Part shown: positions 1 to 20,436 of the stretch, piece after piece
How positions within the stretch are numbered: position 1 is the first letter of the stretch
Layout of the letters: every line of letters starts with the position of its first letter
Source of the DNA: Amoebidium appalachense
Lineage: Eukaryota > Protista > Ichthyosporea
Direction of reading: 5' to 3'
NCBI GenBank assembly: GCA_963693365.1
Contig: CAVNZM010000013.1
Span: forward strand, 5,198,640 to 5,262,639
Length of the DNA stretch: 64,000 nucleotides
Program-made: the position numbers and the translations under genes
Notes under the pieces: generated by a model
What the model was told of the DNA's origin: nothing
The model's database searches: none
What the model saw: the letters and a program-made list of their open reading frames with translations, nothing else

Positions 1-79
1 TATCGGGCTTTGGTAGGTTGGGGACCTTTAGGAGTCCTTGTGTCTGGAGGGCTGGGGGATGGGCGTGCGTGCGTGCGTG

Positions 80-159
<80 letters not shown>

Positions 160-268
160 TTGCGTGTTTTGTGTGGTACCTCATCAATGTGTGCCCCTCG
201 CAGTCTGTAACACATTCTAACCCCCTCCCCCCCCCCCCCTCCCCCCCCCCCCCTCCCCCTCTCCCCAG

Positions 269-6180
<5,912 letters not shown>

Positions 6181-6419
6181 GATCTCGGTATATTTTCATA
6201 TGCAATTAACCATTGGGTGGCTTTATTGTGCTCATATTTGTACTTTCCTGGTTGTTTACTCCCACAAACGGATGTGTCTATTGAAGGACAGGACAAAGCA
6301 AAAATGTTTTGAGCTCGAGAAAAGTTTGCACGGTGTATAGAACAGGAGTCTAATATTGAAGCGAGAACGGCTAGGGCAGAAAGAAAAAAGGAGGGGGGGG
6401 GGGGGGGGGGGGGGGGGGG

Positions 6420-6631
6420 TCACCAACTGAATGCAACAGTAAAAATTAGTAGCGTTTAAACCTTCAAAATTGAATGAGAGTGACTGCAGATTTTGGCCAT
6501 GGGGTTTCATTTGAGGATATCTTTTGTGCTTGATGTGTGAATGTTTAGTGTGTGTTATATCCCATGGACGTAGTGGGAAGTAGTATTTATTATTGGGTGG
6601 GATGTTGTATTGGTTGGGCTTGGTGGTGGCT

Positions 6632-6676
<45 letters not shown>

Positions 6677-6886
6677 CACCAACTGAATGCAACAAAAAAA
6701 TTAGTAGCTTTTAACCCTTCAAAATTGAATGAGAGTGACTGCAGATTTTGGCCATGGGGTTTCATTTGAGGATATCTTTTGTGCTTGATGTGTGAATGTT
6801 TAGTGTGTGTTATATCCCATGGACGTAGTGGGAAGTAGTATTTATTATTGGGTGGGATGTTGTATTGGTTGGGCTTGGTGGTGGCT
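6420..6886. repeat. ~211-bp tandem duplication separated and flanked by poly-G tracts
   Basis: 6420-6631 and 6676-6886 are near identical, with a few differences near the 5' end. G runs lie before, between and after the copies. Confidence 0.95.
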
Positions 6887-7079
6887 GGGGGGAGGGAGCG
6901 TGATAGGTGTGTGTGGGGGGGGGGGGGGGGGGGAAGGGGGGGGGGGGGGATCTCAATGACTCCGATAGTAGAATTCTTCATATTGTGGATTGTGATGTTA
7001 TAAACGGAATGTGATCAACCAGTAATACAAAAATGCATTACAGTAGAAACCTCTTCCTGGTTGGTAGATTTTTTTTTTT

Positions 7080-7123
<44 letters not shown>

Positions 7124-7453
7124 ATTCGATCGGCAGCCCCAGGGGGGAGGTGGGAGGGGGGGGGGGGGGGGGGGGGGGGAGGGGATGAGAATTTTAGTGA
7201 GCATGAAAATGTAAGATGGGATGTATGCAAGTAAGAAACATAGGAGTTGGCTAGGCTGTGCCTGAGCCACGGATACAAGGACAGATAATAAACCTCGACA
7301 TGAGGATAGATTGGCTGCTCTTGAGATAAACACCATATGCACTCATGTGCACGCGCACACACACACACACACATCCATACACAGGGATCAGTTGTACACA
7401 CACACACACATACAGGTACACACTCGGGCACACAAACACACGCACGCACGCGC

Positions 7454-7491
<38 letters not shown>

Positions 7492-7992
7492 GCAAACACA
7501 TGCGCACAAGCGCACATATAATCACACACACACACACAAACACACACAGTGTCATGATCACACACCGGGCCCACGCACATACACACAAACACGGACCCAC
7601 ACACGAACCCTTGCGCACACGCTCACACATACACACTCTCGCACACACACACACCGTGACAGGCGCGCATGCACAACACACACACACACACACACAATGT
7701 CAGAGAGTGAGAGAGAGAGAGAGAGAGAGAGTCTCTGAGTGAGAGCTATAGAGAGAAAGAGATAAATGAGAGGGAGGGGGGGGGGGAGGGGGGGGGGGGG
7801 GGGGGGGGGAAGAGAGAGAGAGAGAGAGGGATAGACCCGAGCACACACACACACACACACACGTACAGACGGATACACACACACACACGTCCATACACAC
7901 ACAACACACATACACACGCACACGCACACACAACTAAACACACACACACATGTGCGCACGTGCACCCTCAAGGCGCCCACACACACACACAT

Positions 7993-8030
<38 letters not shown>

Positions 8031-8033
8031 GCG

Positions 8034-8112
<79 letters not shown>

Positions 8113-8521
8113 CTCGCACAGGACAGCACATTCCACACACAGCGCTTCTAGTCCACCACACCTGCACACAGAAAACCTTTTCTTGAAAACTTTGTATGTG
8201 CCCTTTACCACCCTGGGCCATTGCACCGTAGGCCAATCAACTGTGAATAATTAGACGTGTTTGCCAATCACAACAAATTTAATAATGTCAATGATTGTCT
8301 GCTATTAAAATGGCTAGTCAGCTGCCAGGCAAACAAGATCTCCACGAGTATTTGATCTCCGGATTCTGTTACTTTGCGTCTTGGTGAACATCCAATATCG
8401 ATTCAAGACTTCTCTATATGAATGGAAGCATATGGTAACGAAGGATCGAATGCTGACGGCAGGTGGTGTGGGGATTTAGGCCGGTGTGAGCCGTGCGTGC
8501 GTGCGTGCGTGTGTGCGTGCG

Positions 8522-8561
<40 letters not shown>

Positions 8562-9265
8562 GGTGTTGTGTATGTGGCGTGCGTGTTTAGTGGGGGAGTT
8601 CGGGGGGGGACGCGGGCATGCATGCCGGTGTGCGTGTTTTGTTTTTTTGTTTGTACATGTGTGCACTTATGTGTATGTGTTTCTGTGTGGCACTTGCTTC
8701 ACACGTGCGTCATCTGGCACTGTGTCTGTGTGTGTCACGGTGTGTGTGTGTGTATGTGTCTGACTGTGTGTGTGTGTGTGCGTGTGCCGGTATTTTTGTG
8801 CGCGCGTGAGACTTTATATATGTGCTGTCGTGAATGTGTATGTGTGCCGGCATTGTGAAACTGTTAGTGTGCTCGTGGCCATGGTTGTAGAAGTATTTGT
8901 GTGTGCATGTGTGTGTATGCATATGTCTGTGTGTGTGTGAAAGTGTGTGTGTGTTGTGTGTGTGTGTGTGTGTGTGTTTTGCTTGTGTGTTCTGTGCGCG
9001 CCCGGGGGGGGAAAGGGGGGGGACTGGAGGGGGGGAGGGGGGGGGAGGGTTGGGGAAGGAGAAGGGGGGGGGGGGGCTGGGCTGTTTGTGTGCAGATGTA
9101 TGTGTGTTTTGGGTGTTATGTGCAGGCTTGTATATCTTCTTCTGAAGGGGCCCGCATGTGTGTAGCACGTGTGTGTGCACGTGTATGTTTGTATTTTTGC
9201 GTTGTGTGCACGTGTTTATGTGCTTCTAAATGTGTGCGTGTGTGCGTGTGGTGTGGTGTGTGTGT

Positions 9266-9310
<45 letters not shown>

Positions 9311-9362
9311 ATGGACAGACTGCCGGTACATGTGCGTGTAATTTGAGGGTATGTGAATCGTG

Positions 9363-9400
<38 letters not shown>

Positions 9401-10356
9401 GTGTACATGTCTGGGGTGTGTCTATGTGGGTACTACATGTTCGGGGGATAATGGGATGGGGAAAGAGAGAGGGAAGGGGGGGGGAGGAAGGGGGAAGGGG
9501 AGGGTGGGGGGGGGGGGGGTTGAGGGAGGAGGAAGGTGTTGGGTGTATGCACGCGGTCCGTTTTTTTTCGGTTAGGGGGGCCGGGGGCGCATACCATTCT
9601 TAGGTATCTGTGTAAGATATCTTCCCATTTTGAGGAGCGTGTATGTGCGTGTTTGTGTAGATGTGTAAGTGCCTGTGTGGGCGAATAGCTTAATGGTGGT
9701 GCATGAGCAAATGTCGTTTGTGGCGGACAGCGTATGTTCACACGGCTCAGTATTTCCTGGTGTATGCGATGGTCAGGGTGATGAGGGAATGTGGGCCCCG
9801 GTGTGTACATGTGTGTCATAAAGAAAGAGACTGTATGAGTCTTTCGTGTGTGTGTGTGGTGGGGGGGGGGGGGGGGGGGGGGGGGAGGAGGGGGGGAGGA
9901 GGGGGAGGTGATCATGTTGCAACATCTTACACATTCACATGTTTTTTTGGGCTTTTTAATCCAAATGGCTTTCCAAAGCCACGGAATATTTGTGGGCACA
10001 CGAGTACAACTCTTATGTGCGTCCCTTCAGAGGGAAAACTAGAAGCAAAAACTACCTTCACACCTAGGCCTGTACACTTAGCGCTTTCACCAAAAGAACC
10101 AACTTGGTGTGGGTGACTACATACACGTCAATGATAAACATTTCTGTACACTAGAATATCCCTGTTGTTGTTGTTGTCGTAGTATATCTTACAGCATCCA
10201 TAATACCTTCACAACCAAGAAGCATCCATAATACCTTCACAACCAAGAAGCTTTACATGTTAACCACATCAGGCACCAAGTCTTACCATATTACACAAGT
10301 CTATGGGACCTATCCGACCAATCCCAAAGCAGCAATAATCTCCTAATGTGGCTATT

Positions 10357-11391
10357 TTAGTTGCAGGCACCGATGGAGCTGACAGACAGGCTGGCGTGGC
10401 ACGACGTGCACACGGAGTTGGCGTGGTCGCTGCAGGTCACGGACTGGCAGCCAGGGAGGGCCAAGCACTTGCTGCAGCCGCCCTCATGGTCGACATACTG
10501 GCCGGCAGGGCAGCTGGCGGCACGGGCACCACGGTGGCCGGCCTTCTTGCCGCACTTGATGCAGGGGGTCTGCGTGGTGCACTTGTCGACGGTGGAGTGG
10601 TACGGCTGGCTCGGGGTGGGGGCGCACAGCTTGATCTCCAGCGTTGGGAAGATGGTGGCATCAGCGGCACCGGGGTTGACCACGAACAGCTGCTCAACGA
10701 ACAGCTGGTCGAAGGCCCACTTGCTGCAGGTGACCGTGGTGATCTTGGTGGTGCCGGCGGCAGCGTCGTGCTCCACGCTGATGATGTCCCAGTCGCTGAG
10801 CTTAGTGCCGGTGAACCAGGCCACCTCAGACAGGTACATCTCGGCAAGGAAGTTGCCGTTGGCAGAGCAGTCGCCCTTGACCGTGAACACGGTGATGCCT
10901 CCGTAGCAGCCGATGTGGGCAGATTCGACGGGGCGGACGCCGGTGGGGGAGACGTCGTAAGAGTAGGTGGGGATGGAGGCAGTCGAGACCACGGTCTGGG
11001 TGAGAGTGCTCATGGGCCAAACCATGGTGGACTCGACAACGGGGTACTTGGAGCCAGTAATGGTGGTGTAAGTGGGCGTGTGGTAGGGAGTCGGGGTGGG
11101 CTTGACGGGCTTGGGGGGCTTGTGGGGGGCCGGAGCAGAGGAGGGAGCAGGCTTGTACTGCTTGGGCTCGTTGGCCTTGCCGACGGGGGCGACCAGGCCG
11201 GCAGAGGTCTCGCTAATGGGACGGCCCCAGGCATCCTTGCCGTTCTTGTCAAAGCCAAACACATCCAGACCGTTGGCAGCAAAGCCGTTGATATCGAACT
11301 TGCCACCCTTCAGACCGAAACGGGCACCACCAGACTGGGCCTGGGCGGCACCAGCGGCGAGGAGGGCAATGCTAGCGGAAATGAACTTCAT
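10357..11391 (-). CDS. Secreted protein, paralogue 1 (344 aa, intronless): signal peptide, GFD-type pentapeptide repeats, P/T linker, RxxR site, 8-Cys C-terminal module
   Basis: Open frame from AAAA-ATG at 11391 (MKFISASIALLAAGAAQA). Strong C/G third-position codon bias. Homologous end to end to the copies at 21608 and 28972. Confidence 0.93.
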   Translation of the reverse strand: MKFISASIALLAAGAAQAQSGGARFGLKGGKFDINGFAANGLDVFGFDKNGKDAWGRPISETSAGLVAPVGKANEPKQYKPAPSSAPAPHKPPKPVKPTPTPYHTPTYTTITGSKYPVVESTMVWPMSTLTQTVVSTASIPTYSYDVSPTGVRPVESAHIGCYGGITVFTVKGDCSANGNFLAEMYLSEVAWFTGTKLSDWDIISVEHDAAAGTTKITTVTCSKWAFDQLFVEQLFVVNPGAADATIFPTLEIKLCAPTPSQPYHSTVDKCTTQTPCIKCGKKAGHRGARAASCPAGQYVDHEGGCSKCLALPGCQSVTCSDHANSVCTSCHASLSVSSIGACN

Positions 11392-11496
11392 TTTTGGAGG
11401 TTGAAAAGCGCGATAGGAACTCTCGGTACGCAATGCTAAACCACCTGTGCGGCTAGTGTGTGCGACTGGAGTGATGGGCAGAGGCGCTGGGCAGAG

Positions 11497-11680
11497 TTTA
11501 TATAGTCGTATATCGCTCGCGACGATTGGGCGCCATTGCAACCTAAACTAAGCTGTCCAATCAAATTGCGCATTATCCAGCCAGATATGTTCCCCTGCAT
11601 TTATCACTGACGATTTGATTGGTTAGAAGGGAGAGAGCGACCGCCGACGCTGAATTCAATGAAGCCAATCATCTGCGCCT
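11497..11680 (-). promoter_or_regulatory. TATA plus CCAAT promoter of paralogue 1
   Basis: TATATAAA on the minus strand at 11504-11497, 113 nt upstream of the ATG. CCAAT on the minus strand at 11529-11525, with more CCAAT/ATTGG motifs up to ~11670. Confidence 0.7.
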
Positions 11681-12998
11681 AGCAATAAGCAGGTCGATCA
11701 AAAATGCAATATTGCAGAGAGAAAGCCCCCAAAACATATATAAATTTAGGTTTTTTGAGCATATATTTGATCAATATTGTAAATATTTTACAGCAGATGT
11801 GCATTAGGGTTTTTTAAACGACACATAAATATCCATGTTTTTGGATGTTCACGTTCGCGCTTCTTATGTCTTTTTTGTATTGGACACAGATCATGCTTAC
11901 CTATGTCATAGTGTCTTTTTCAACACGCCTATGTAGATGGGGGGGTCAAAGAAACCTGCCGGGGTCTATCATCTTGATGAGGCACAGCCAGAGGCTCATT
12001 TTTTCATAACGTGTCATTGAAAAAAAAAACAAGAAAAGACAAAGAGAAATAAATTGAAAAAAAAAAACTTCAATAGTTCAATCCTATACATCATTTCATC
12101 TCCATTCATAACTTATGTAAGCGTGCGAAATAGCTGCCGTGCTACGTAGAGCCGATCGATGTGGCTGGTAGTCACGGGGCGACGGCTCCCAAAACCCATC
12201 CATTTTCGAATTTCGGCACAAGGTCAACTTTTGCCGTCTACAGCAACAACCACGGCAGCATGTATACCGGCCCAGCACGAAATATACTTATCGGCAGCCC
12301 ACTGAACTCGCCCATTTTCTCTTTTTCATGTATGTCCCTCCTTTTTTGTAAAATCACCCTTTTTGGCCTCCCGGTAGTGGATTTTGCAGGATTTGACTTC
12401 TTTGAGGTCCAAAAACCTCAAATTTTCCCCGGCGGGGCCGGGGAGGGAGAATTCAAAAATTGCCCGCTCCTGATATGGTACCCGGGCCGTTCACGCACTG
12501 CTGTTGTAATATCAATGGTGCACGGGCGAGTCTGCTGTGTATGTGTACTATTACGTAAGATCCACGCGCAGAAGTGTATTTCATACTGCAAAGTACTGCA
12601 TATACATGATAATGATACTGGTTGTTGAGACACATGTACACCTGGGAATAAATTAGGTTTAGTTGGGTGTCTGATAGTATTGGAAAGGCGAGAAAAGCAA
12701 GAATTCGAAAAATGGTGGTTGGAAGGAGGGAGGGAAGGAGGGAGGGATCGAGGGAGGGAGGGAGAGATGGATGGAGGGAGGGAGGTAGGGAGGGAGGGAG
12801 GGGAGGCCGGGGGGGAGGGGGAGAAGGAGGGGGTGTCAGGGGGGTATTTGAGAGGAGCCCCTTCTGTCTTTGCAAGAGAACGGAGGGCGCCGGGGAGAGG
12901 GTCGGCACGGTGGGGAGGGAGGGGAGGGAGGGGAGGGAGGGGTGAATAAGACGAGGGAAAGGGGCCGAGGGAAAGCTTTCCGATAAGACTGTGTGTGT

Positions 12999-13029
<31 letters not shown>

Positions 13030-13134
13030 AGGGGAGTGATCAGGTGCCTGTCTGCATTTCTTTTTGTGTATGTGTGGTAACCATTGTGGCGAAGAGAGGG
13101 AGGGGGGAGGGAGGAGCTGTGGGGGGGTGGGGGT

Positions 13135-13169
<35 letters not shown>

Positions 13170-13213
13170 GGGGGGGGGGGGGGGAGGGGCCGGGGAGGGG
13201 AGGGGGGGGGAGG

Positions 13214-13253
<40 letters not shown>

Positions 13254-14016
13254 GGGAAGGAGACGGAGGGGTGTGGGGGGGGCTAATGTGGATTGGAAGG
13301 CACTAGGCTCGAAACCCCTAAACCTCCACTTTTTTTTAAAAAAAAACCGATGTCTGTGTTCAATTTACCATTCAAGTTGCAGGTGGAAGTGCTGTTGGCC
13401 TTGGTGCCGACAACCTCGTCACAGCTCACATGCATATTGATAATAAACAGCACCGTGATTCCCCCCTTGTGGGGTTCGGAGCCACCTCAAGCTCAGCCCC
13501 GTTAATTTTTTTTTAACATGAGAGTAAGTCATAGCAGTTCTACTTAAACCCGGTCAGATTTTGACCTCTCCTAAAAAGTTTCGTGAGATATAATATGTAC
13601 ACCACTCTCAATTGCTTCTCCCACTTCAATTCCTAGCTACGCCCCTTACCTCCACAACCATGCTCCGTAATAAGTTTATGAAAAAACCCAAACCATTAAT
13701 TCAGTGTCTATTATAGTAAAAACAGGATCCGAAGCAGTTGGTGAGTTTTTTGCAGAACTGATTTTTTCTTGACCGAATGTATGTATTCATGATTTAAATC
13801 AAGAATCGTTCCGGATTTAATTTCAATGCCCCCCCCTTCCCCCCCTCCCATCCTCGGTCTGCCTTAATGCCCCCCCCCTCACTCTCTTGACATACACACA
13901 CATACACACAAACACAACACACACAGACACACACACACACACACACACTCTCTCTCTCTCTCTGTCTCTCTCTCGCGCTCTCTCTCTCTCCCTCCCTCCC
14001 TCCCTCCCTCTCTCTC

Positions 14017-14101
<85 letters not shown>

Positions 14102-14206
14102 CCCCTTCCTTCCCACCCACATGCACATAATCTAGGTGAAGAAAAATGAGTTTGTGGTAAGGGCTTTGTGTGCGTGCTTGAAGACCGTGTTGTGTGTGTG
14201 TGTGTG

Positions 14207-14279
<73 letters not shown>

Positions 14280-16117
14280 GAGAGAGGTGGGGGAGAGGGG
14301 GAGGGGGGAGGAGGGGGGGGGGGGAGGAGGGAGGGGGGGGGGGGGGGGTTGAGGAGAAAAAAATGGTCACAGGAAACTTCTACGCAGAGAATTCTTCCAC
14401 CGATACATTCCCGGTTATAATTATTCAAAAAAAGAGTAGTTGGTTGATGTGCGGACCAGTCTTTAGCACTTTTTGGGCAACCCAAGAAAATCGAATCGTT
14501 ATCGCCTCCAAACCCCCGTTACACTATGCATACCGTGAATAGTGTAACCGCCGGGTGTTTTTTTTTTTTTTTTTTTTTTTGGGGGGGGGGGGGGACATTT
14601 ATGACATGGGAAGTTTTAGTGACCACCGCCGGTGTTGATGTTTGTGTTAGAGCAGACTTAACGTCACCAATATTGATCACGACACTTTCGGGCAGCTCGA
14701 ACAAAACAAATATCTGTCTACACTCTGTAAAAAAAAAAAAAAATTAGCGTCTACGGAGGATTCACCTAGAGCCGTAGAAAAGTAATTCTTGCCACAGGGA
14801 GGGGGAGGACTTCATGGGTGCCCGAACTGCGGGGGGGGGGGGGGGGGGGGGGGGGAGAGGGGGGGGGAGGGGGGGGGCTTCCCACTAACCCTCTTCAAAC
14901 ATGCACAAATTCGAGTTGGCGTCAAGACAACATGAATTACCATTACTAACCCGGTTTCCCCCCCCCCTTTAAGCTATGCCCCCCCCTCTTCCCCCACTCC
15001 CCCCCTTGCCTCCCCCCACCCCCCCACGCCGCCCTCCCAGCATGCTTGCCTCCCCACCCTTGACACAAATGCATATACCCGAAGACCTTTTTCACCGAGG
15101 GCAAGAGAAGCTTTTGGAAGGAGTAGGAAGAACGGGATCGGGAGAGGAGTGAGTGGGTTGGCGAGAAATGCTTTTCTTTCTCTCTCTCTCTATCTTTTTT
15201 TTCCCGTGTCTTTTCTTTTCTTTCTTTCTTTCTCAGTCTTTCTTTTTTTTGGGGGGGTGGGGTGGGGGGAGGGGGGAGGGGGGGGGGGCGAGGAGGGGGA
15301 GTAGGGGGTGGAAGGAGGGGGGGGGGGGGGGGGGGGAGTAGGGAAGGGGGGGGGGGGGGGGGGGGGGGGGGGATTTTTAAAAAGACTTCGTAGTAATGGC
15401 TCCCAATATTCCCTACACGTGCTGCCTTCAGCACCAATAAATCGCGCAGCAGAGATATCCTAATTGGTCACAGCTATGTTTTTCCTGAAGATTGGCAGGT
15501 TTTCCATTGGCACCCAAATAATCCCCCCTTGAAAAACAGAATCATTTATCATGCTCGATCGCGGTTCTTAATTCTTGTCCTAATTCTTGTTCAAATTTTA
15601 TCTGTTATTATTACTCTAATGAGATGTGACGGTCCTGCACGGCTGTCTCTGGGTTGTTGCTTGTTTTTGATATTGCCTGTGTCTTCTTTTGCTTTTCCGA
15701 GGGGCGGGGGGAGGGGGAGGGGGAGGGGGGAGGAGGGGAGGGGGGGGAAGGTGTGTGTGTGTGTTTGGGGGGGGGGGGGGGGGGGGGGGGAGGGGGGGGG
15801 GGGGAGAATACCGGTTGGGCCTTACATGATGAATCTGCAGCGCCACGTTCCACGATGCATTTTCATGATTAAATTTCGGCTGTTATGATCCTCCCTCCCC
15901 CCTCCGCCCCCTCATCCCCCTCCCCCCCTCCCCCCCCCCCCCCCCCTCCCCCCTCCTCCTCTCCCTCCGAGCACCGTCACCTTATTATAAGACATTTCTA
16001 GATAAAGGTGTTGTGGTGGGAGTGGTCGAGGCTGTTTCGCTTTCACCTTCAAAGGAGGGGAACAAAAAGATAGGGGGGGGGGGGGGGGGGGAGCGGGAGG
16101 AGGGGGGCGGGGGAAGG

Positions 16118-16149
<32 letters not shown>

Positions 16150-17159
16150 GTGAAACAGTAGTAGGTGGCATTAGGTATTACTAGATGGCAAAAAGGTAGA
16201 GACGATTCTTGTGATTTGTTTGAAGATCAATATTCAATCCAAGGGGTCCATCATCAAACTATGACGCTCAGTGACATCAAAGGCTTTGTGGGGGAGAAAG
16301 GGGGGTGGGGGGGGGGGGGGGGATGTGGTTTCGGAGGAGTGGGGGGAGGGGGGGGGGGGGGGGGGGGGGGTAAAACCAACCCTTTACGGGTTAGTAGGCC
16401 TGTGTGAACTAAAACCATTAACGGTGGTTTTAAAACAACAACGAAACCGAAACCCAACACAAACACCCCCCACACCCCCCACATGTACACAACCGGCAAG
16501 CCACACGTGCCGGCACACACACAGACCCATGTGCACCCACATGCAAAAACCGGCTGTCGGCAAACAAGACAATAACAAATAGGGACGTACAGACAGGCAA
16601 ACATACTCCTAGGCAGAAGATCACCACCACCATCACCCAAACCCAAACACATATCCACTCAGGCACTACCATGTCTTTGCCAAGCATTTTTGCCACATTC
16701 GCACAACGTAAAACTTGCCGCAATGTAGTTGAACCAATGAAAGGCTGTGTTTAAAATTTATTAGCAGGTTTTGAGTGGAGGGGAGACCTCGTGCTCCCCA
16801 CTAGCACATGCGCCGGGACAAGAAACCCTCGGCTAAGTGTTGTATTAGTAGTTAAGATTGGTAACGAGGTGGTGGCTTGGCTGATTGCACCATTAGCATC
16901 CAATCGGTGTTAGCAAGTGACCCCTAAGGTGCCCTTGCGGGGACAAACCATGATAAAAAAACATAAAAAACATGGTGTGCAACAGCCCCCCTTGCCCCCC
17001 CCTCCCCCCCCCCCCCCTCCCCCCCCCCCCCGCCCGCCCCGTCTTCCCCCCTTCTCCCCCCCCCTCCCCCCCCCCTTCCTCCCATACCTCACCCCATTCC
17101 CTCATTCCTCTGGCCATCGACAAGTCTAACAGTCTTGGCCGTAGCTTATATAGGCTTTT

Positions 17160-17203
<44 letters not shown>

Positions 17204-17885
17204 GGGGGAGGGGGGGGATTATGTTCGTCCGGTATGTCCCACTCACCTGGAATGGGCGGACATGGCATCTCGTTTTCAGTTGAATGACGGTTTTACTTGA
17301 TAAGATACCGCAATTTTCATTATATGTAATTGGGGACTTTCAGTGGTTGGTTCCAATTTAGGCAAGTCATGTCTTCAAAACATGTAGGGATTTAACCCCC
17401 TCCCCCCCCCCCTTTCCCTCCCCCCCTGTCCCCCCCCCCTTCCCCCCCGGGGGAATTCTCCGCTACCTGTTTTAGACTTTCCCAGGTAACCATAAACCAC
17501 CTGAATATATATAATCGACAAGCTGTAACCATTCTTCAAATTTTCGGCAAGGTTTTCTGAACAATATTCCTGAACCACTTTAGGGTTAGAGTTTCTTAGT
17601 GGGTCATCCCATCACGCAGCAGGTAGCGTGTTTTATAAAACTAAAAAAAAAAAAAGCAGGAATATGAAAGTATGCTACACAGCACCTACGTGACATCATT
17701 AACTGCGTGGCACAAGATCATGCCGACTCGGCACAAGCACACACACACGAGCCCGCAAGATGCATATGCTGCCCCCCTCCCCCCCCCCCCCCCACCCACC
17801 CACCCACCCACCCCACCCCCCTCCCCTCGTTCCCTCCCCCCCCCCCCCCCCCCCCCCCCTCCCCCACACACACACACGCACGCAC

Positions 17886-17926
<41 letters not shown>

Positions 17927-18530
17927 CATAACTGTGTGCTGACATGCACACATCAGTGATGCTGTGTACATAAGTATTCGAAACATGGCAGCTACTACCG
18001 TTACCGAAAACAATGATGAAACCAATCTATTTTTTGAATTTAGGTCGACGAGGGCACATGTACAAGCTATCATGCTTTAGTGGTATAACAAAAGTGTCCC
18101 GCAACCAGCATTGCTTTACATCCTTTCCTACACTTCTCATATTTAACCGCATTTTCAAACATGCACACATATCTCAGGTCCGAACCGCCGGCAGCATCTG
18201 GCATGTTTCTCCCAGTCTCCCACACCCCATCCCCCCCTCCCCCCCCCCCCCCCCCCCCCTCCCCTTTCCCCCCCATCCCCCCCCCCCCCCCCCCCCCCAA
18301 ACACACACACACCACCACCACCACCTTCCCCATCTCCTGGGCCCCTAATTGCTGAGGCCGGCTGCAGTTTTCTCACTGAGACTCCCCCTCTCCCCTCTCC
18401 ACTACCAGCTACCGACCGGCTGGTATTTGTCCCCCCCCCCCTTCCCCCCCCCCCCCCCCCCTTCCCCCCCCCCTTCCCCCCCCCCCCTCTCTCCCCCCCC
18501 CCTAACTTTCCCTCGGTCCCTTCCGCCTTC

Positions 18531-18649
18531 TTTTGAACCTTTTTATTAAGGTCATATTCAGCACTCCTTTTAGTGGGTAGGTACCAGCCCCTGAAGGCCT
18601 ATATACCTGCTTTCTAGACTGACCCCGTCAAACAGACATTGCAGAACGA
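18531..18649 (-). mobile_element. Non-LTR retroelement 3' fragment, second copy of the 24742 element
   Basis: Aligns by eye with 24746-24864 (tttgaacctttttatt...tagtgggta...ctatatacct...ttctagactga...cagaacga). Confidence 0.65.
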
Positions 18650-19222
18650 TTGGACTTGACTAAATGATTCACAAATGGACTAGGGGGGTCTTGTGTTAAT
18701 TTATAAAAATTTCAAAGACTAGGAGGGCCCGGTTACGAAATTTCCCCTGTTGGGCGAGGGGGTTTAACGTTGTGTGATGGGGCTGTGGGGTTTGGGATGG
18801 TGGGGTGTGTCTGGTATCCCATATTGTGTGGTGTGATGGTGGCTGCTATTTGTCTATATAGGTGTTGTGGGTTGCACTCTCCTTAATGGTGTGTATGTCT
18901 GAGTTTGGGGCATGCCAGCAAGATGTGGGTGGGGTGGGAGGGGGGGTCACTTCCGCCTTTTCGTACCTGCAGGCTTATTCTCCTCCTTCTCCCCCCCCCC
19001 CCCCCCCCCTCGTTCCTATGGCCTTGCTAGCAGCATCTCTCTCATTAGCCCCTAGTCCCCGTCCCAGGCACTGAAGGCAACTTGAGCGTCCTTACGTGAA
19101 CGTGCCTCCCGACGATTCAGCCTCCCCCTCCCCCCTCCCCCCCCCCCCCCCCACCCCCCACCCCCACCCCATCGAACCCTTTAATCACGAAGATCAAGGG
19201 AAACACATACACACCGAGACTG

Positions 19223-19301
<79 letters not shown>

Positions 19302-19365
19302 CTCACTCACACCCTCACAGTCCACACACACACACACACACACACACACAGTCACACACACGCAC

Positions 19366-19454
<89 letters not shown>

Positions 19455-19463
19455 CATGCACAT

Positions 19464-19521
<58 letters not shown>

Positions 19522-20075
19522 AAAAACATGCACATACGCACACAACGCGCAGTCGCAGGCTGTGTCTTCGAGCATTTTTGAGACACATAAACCGTCAAAA
19601 GTATTGGCAAGAACTAAGCGTTTAATTTATTTGATTTGAGACATGCAGTTTCATTTCCCGCCATAAAGGACCGTCGGATTTTTTCTTTCTTATCGATCTT
19701 TATTTTTTCCTTTTTTTCTTCCTTTTTTTTAAAATGTTATTATTAGCCTTCTTAATAGATAAATGTCTTGTCCAGCTGTCGGCTTTGATACAATAGTAAA
19801 CCGAGGCCCCCGCTGGCTAGCCACCACGAGTTCAGGAGGCGGTCAGTATATTTTATGTACTCAAGACTACATGTCTTGGCTTTCGGTGGGTGGCCAACGT
19901 AACGGTAACGGCACCTCGCGTGACCAACGTTGACTCTGGGAAGCCACTTTGGCTTTTCCAAACGTTGATCAACTCGGCAACAGTGGCGTGATATACGAAG
20001 CCGTTTGCTTGGTAGCGCACACATGCATCCGACAGTATGATCATGCATTTAATACAGTAGGAGTGCCATGCATAC

Positions 20076-20405
20076 AGCAAGCATTCTTATAGTGCAGTAT
20101 ATTAGATCTTGGGTACGTATGTTGTATGTAACCAATTAAAAGTATAAAAATAAGTTTATAACAATGAGGTAGCCGACTTCCAATATGCCATCCCATGACC
20201 GTTTCTTCCTTATAAATAATAGAAGTGATAGTTGATTGTGTTGAACTTTCACACGGCGTGCACAAACATCCCCCCCCCCCCCCCCCCCCCCCCCCCAGCT
20301 CCCCCAACTCCCGTCCTCTTCCCCCCTCCCCCTCCCCCCTCCCTCCCTTTTCGTGCCCCGCCGTCTCCCCCCCCCCCCCCCCCCCCCCCCCCCCGCCCCC
20401 TGTGA

Positions 20406-20436
<31 letters not shown>

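Noticed and set aside
10348-11439. Long antisense ORFs over the trio (also 28954-30261 and 21791-22489)
   Set aside because: Shadow frames caused by strong sense-strand codon bias; no independent start, promoter or protein-like features.
11810-12500. Possible MITEs with short inverted ends (11810-12025 and ~12246-12500)
   Set aside because: The inverted matches are short and imperfect, with no target-site duplication and no second copy in the window.
13465-13500. tRNA or B-box-like ggttcg motif
   Set aside because: No cloverleaf or A-box; no tRNA or rRNA gene is supported anywhere in the window.
14380-20208. Resemblance of scattered segments to membralin or PIG-X
   Set aside because: The similarities are short, out of order and judged only from memory; not enough to assign a product.
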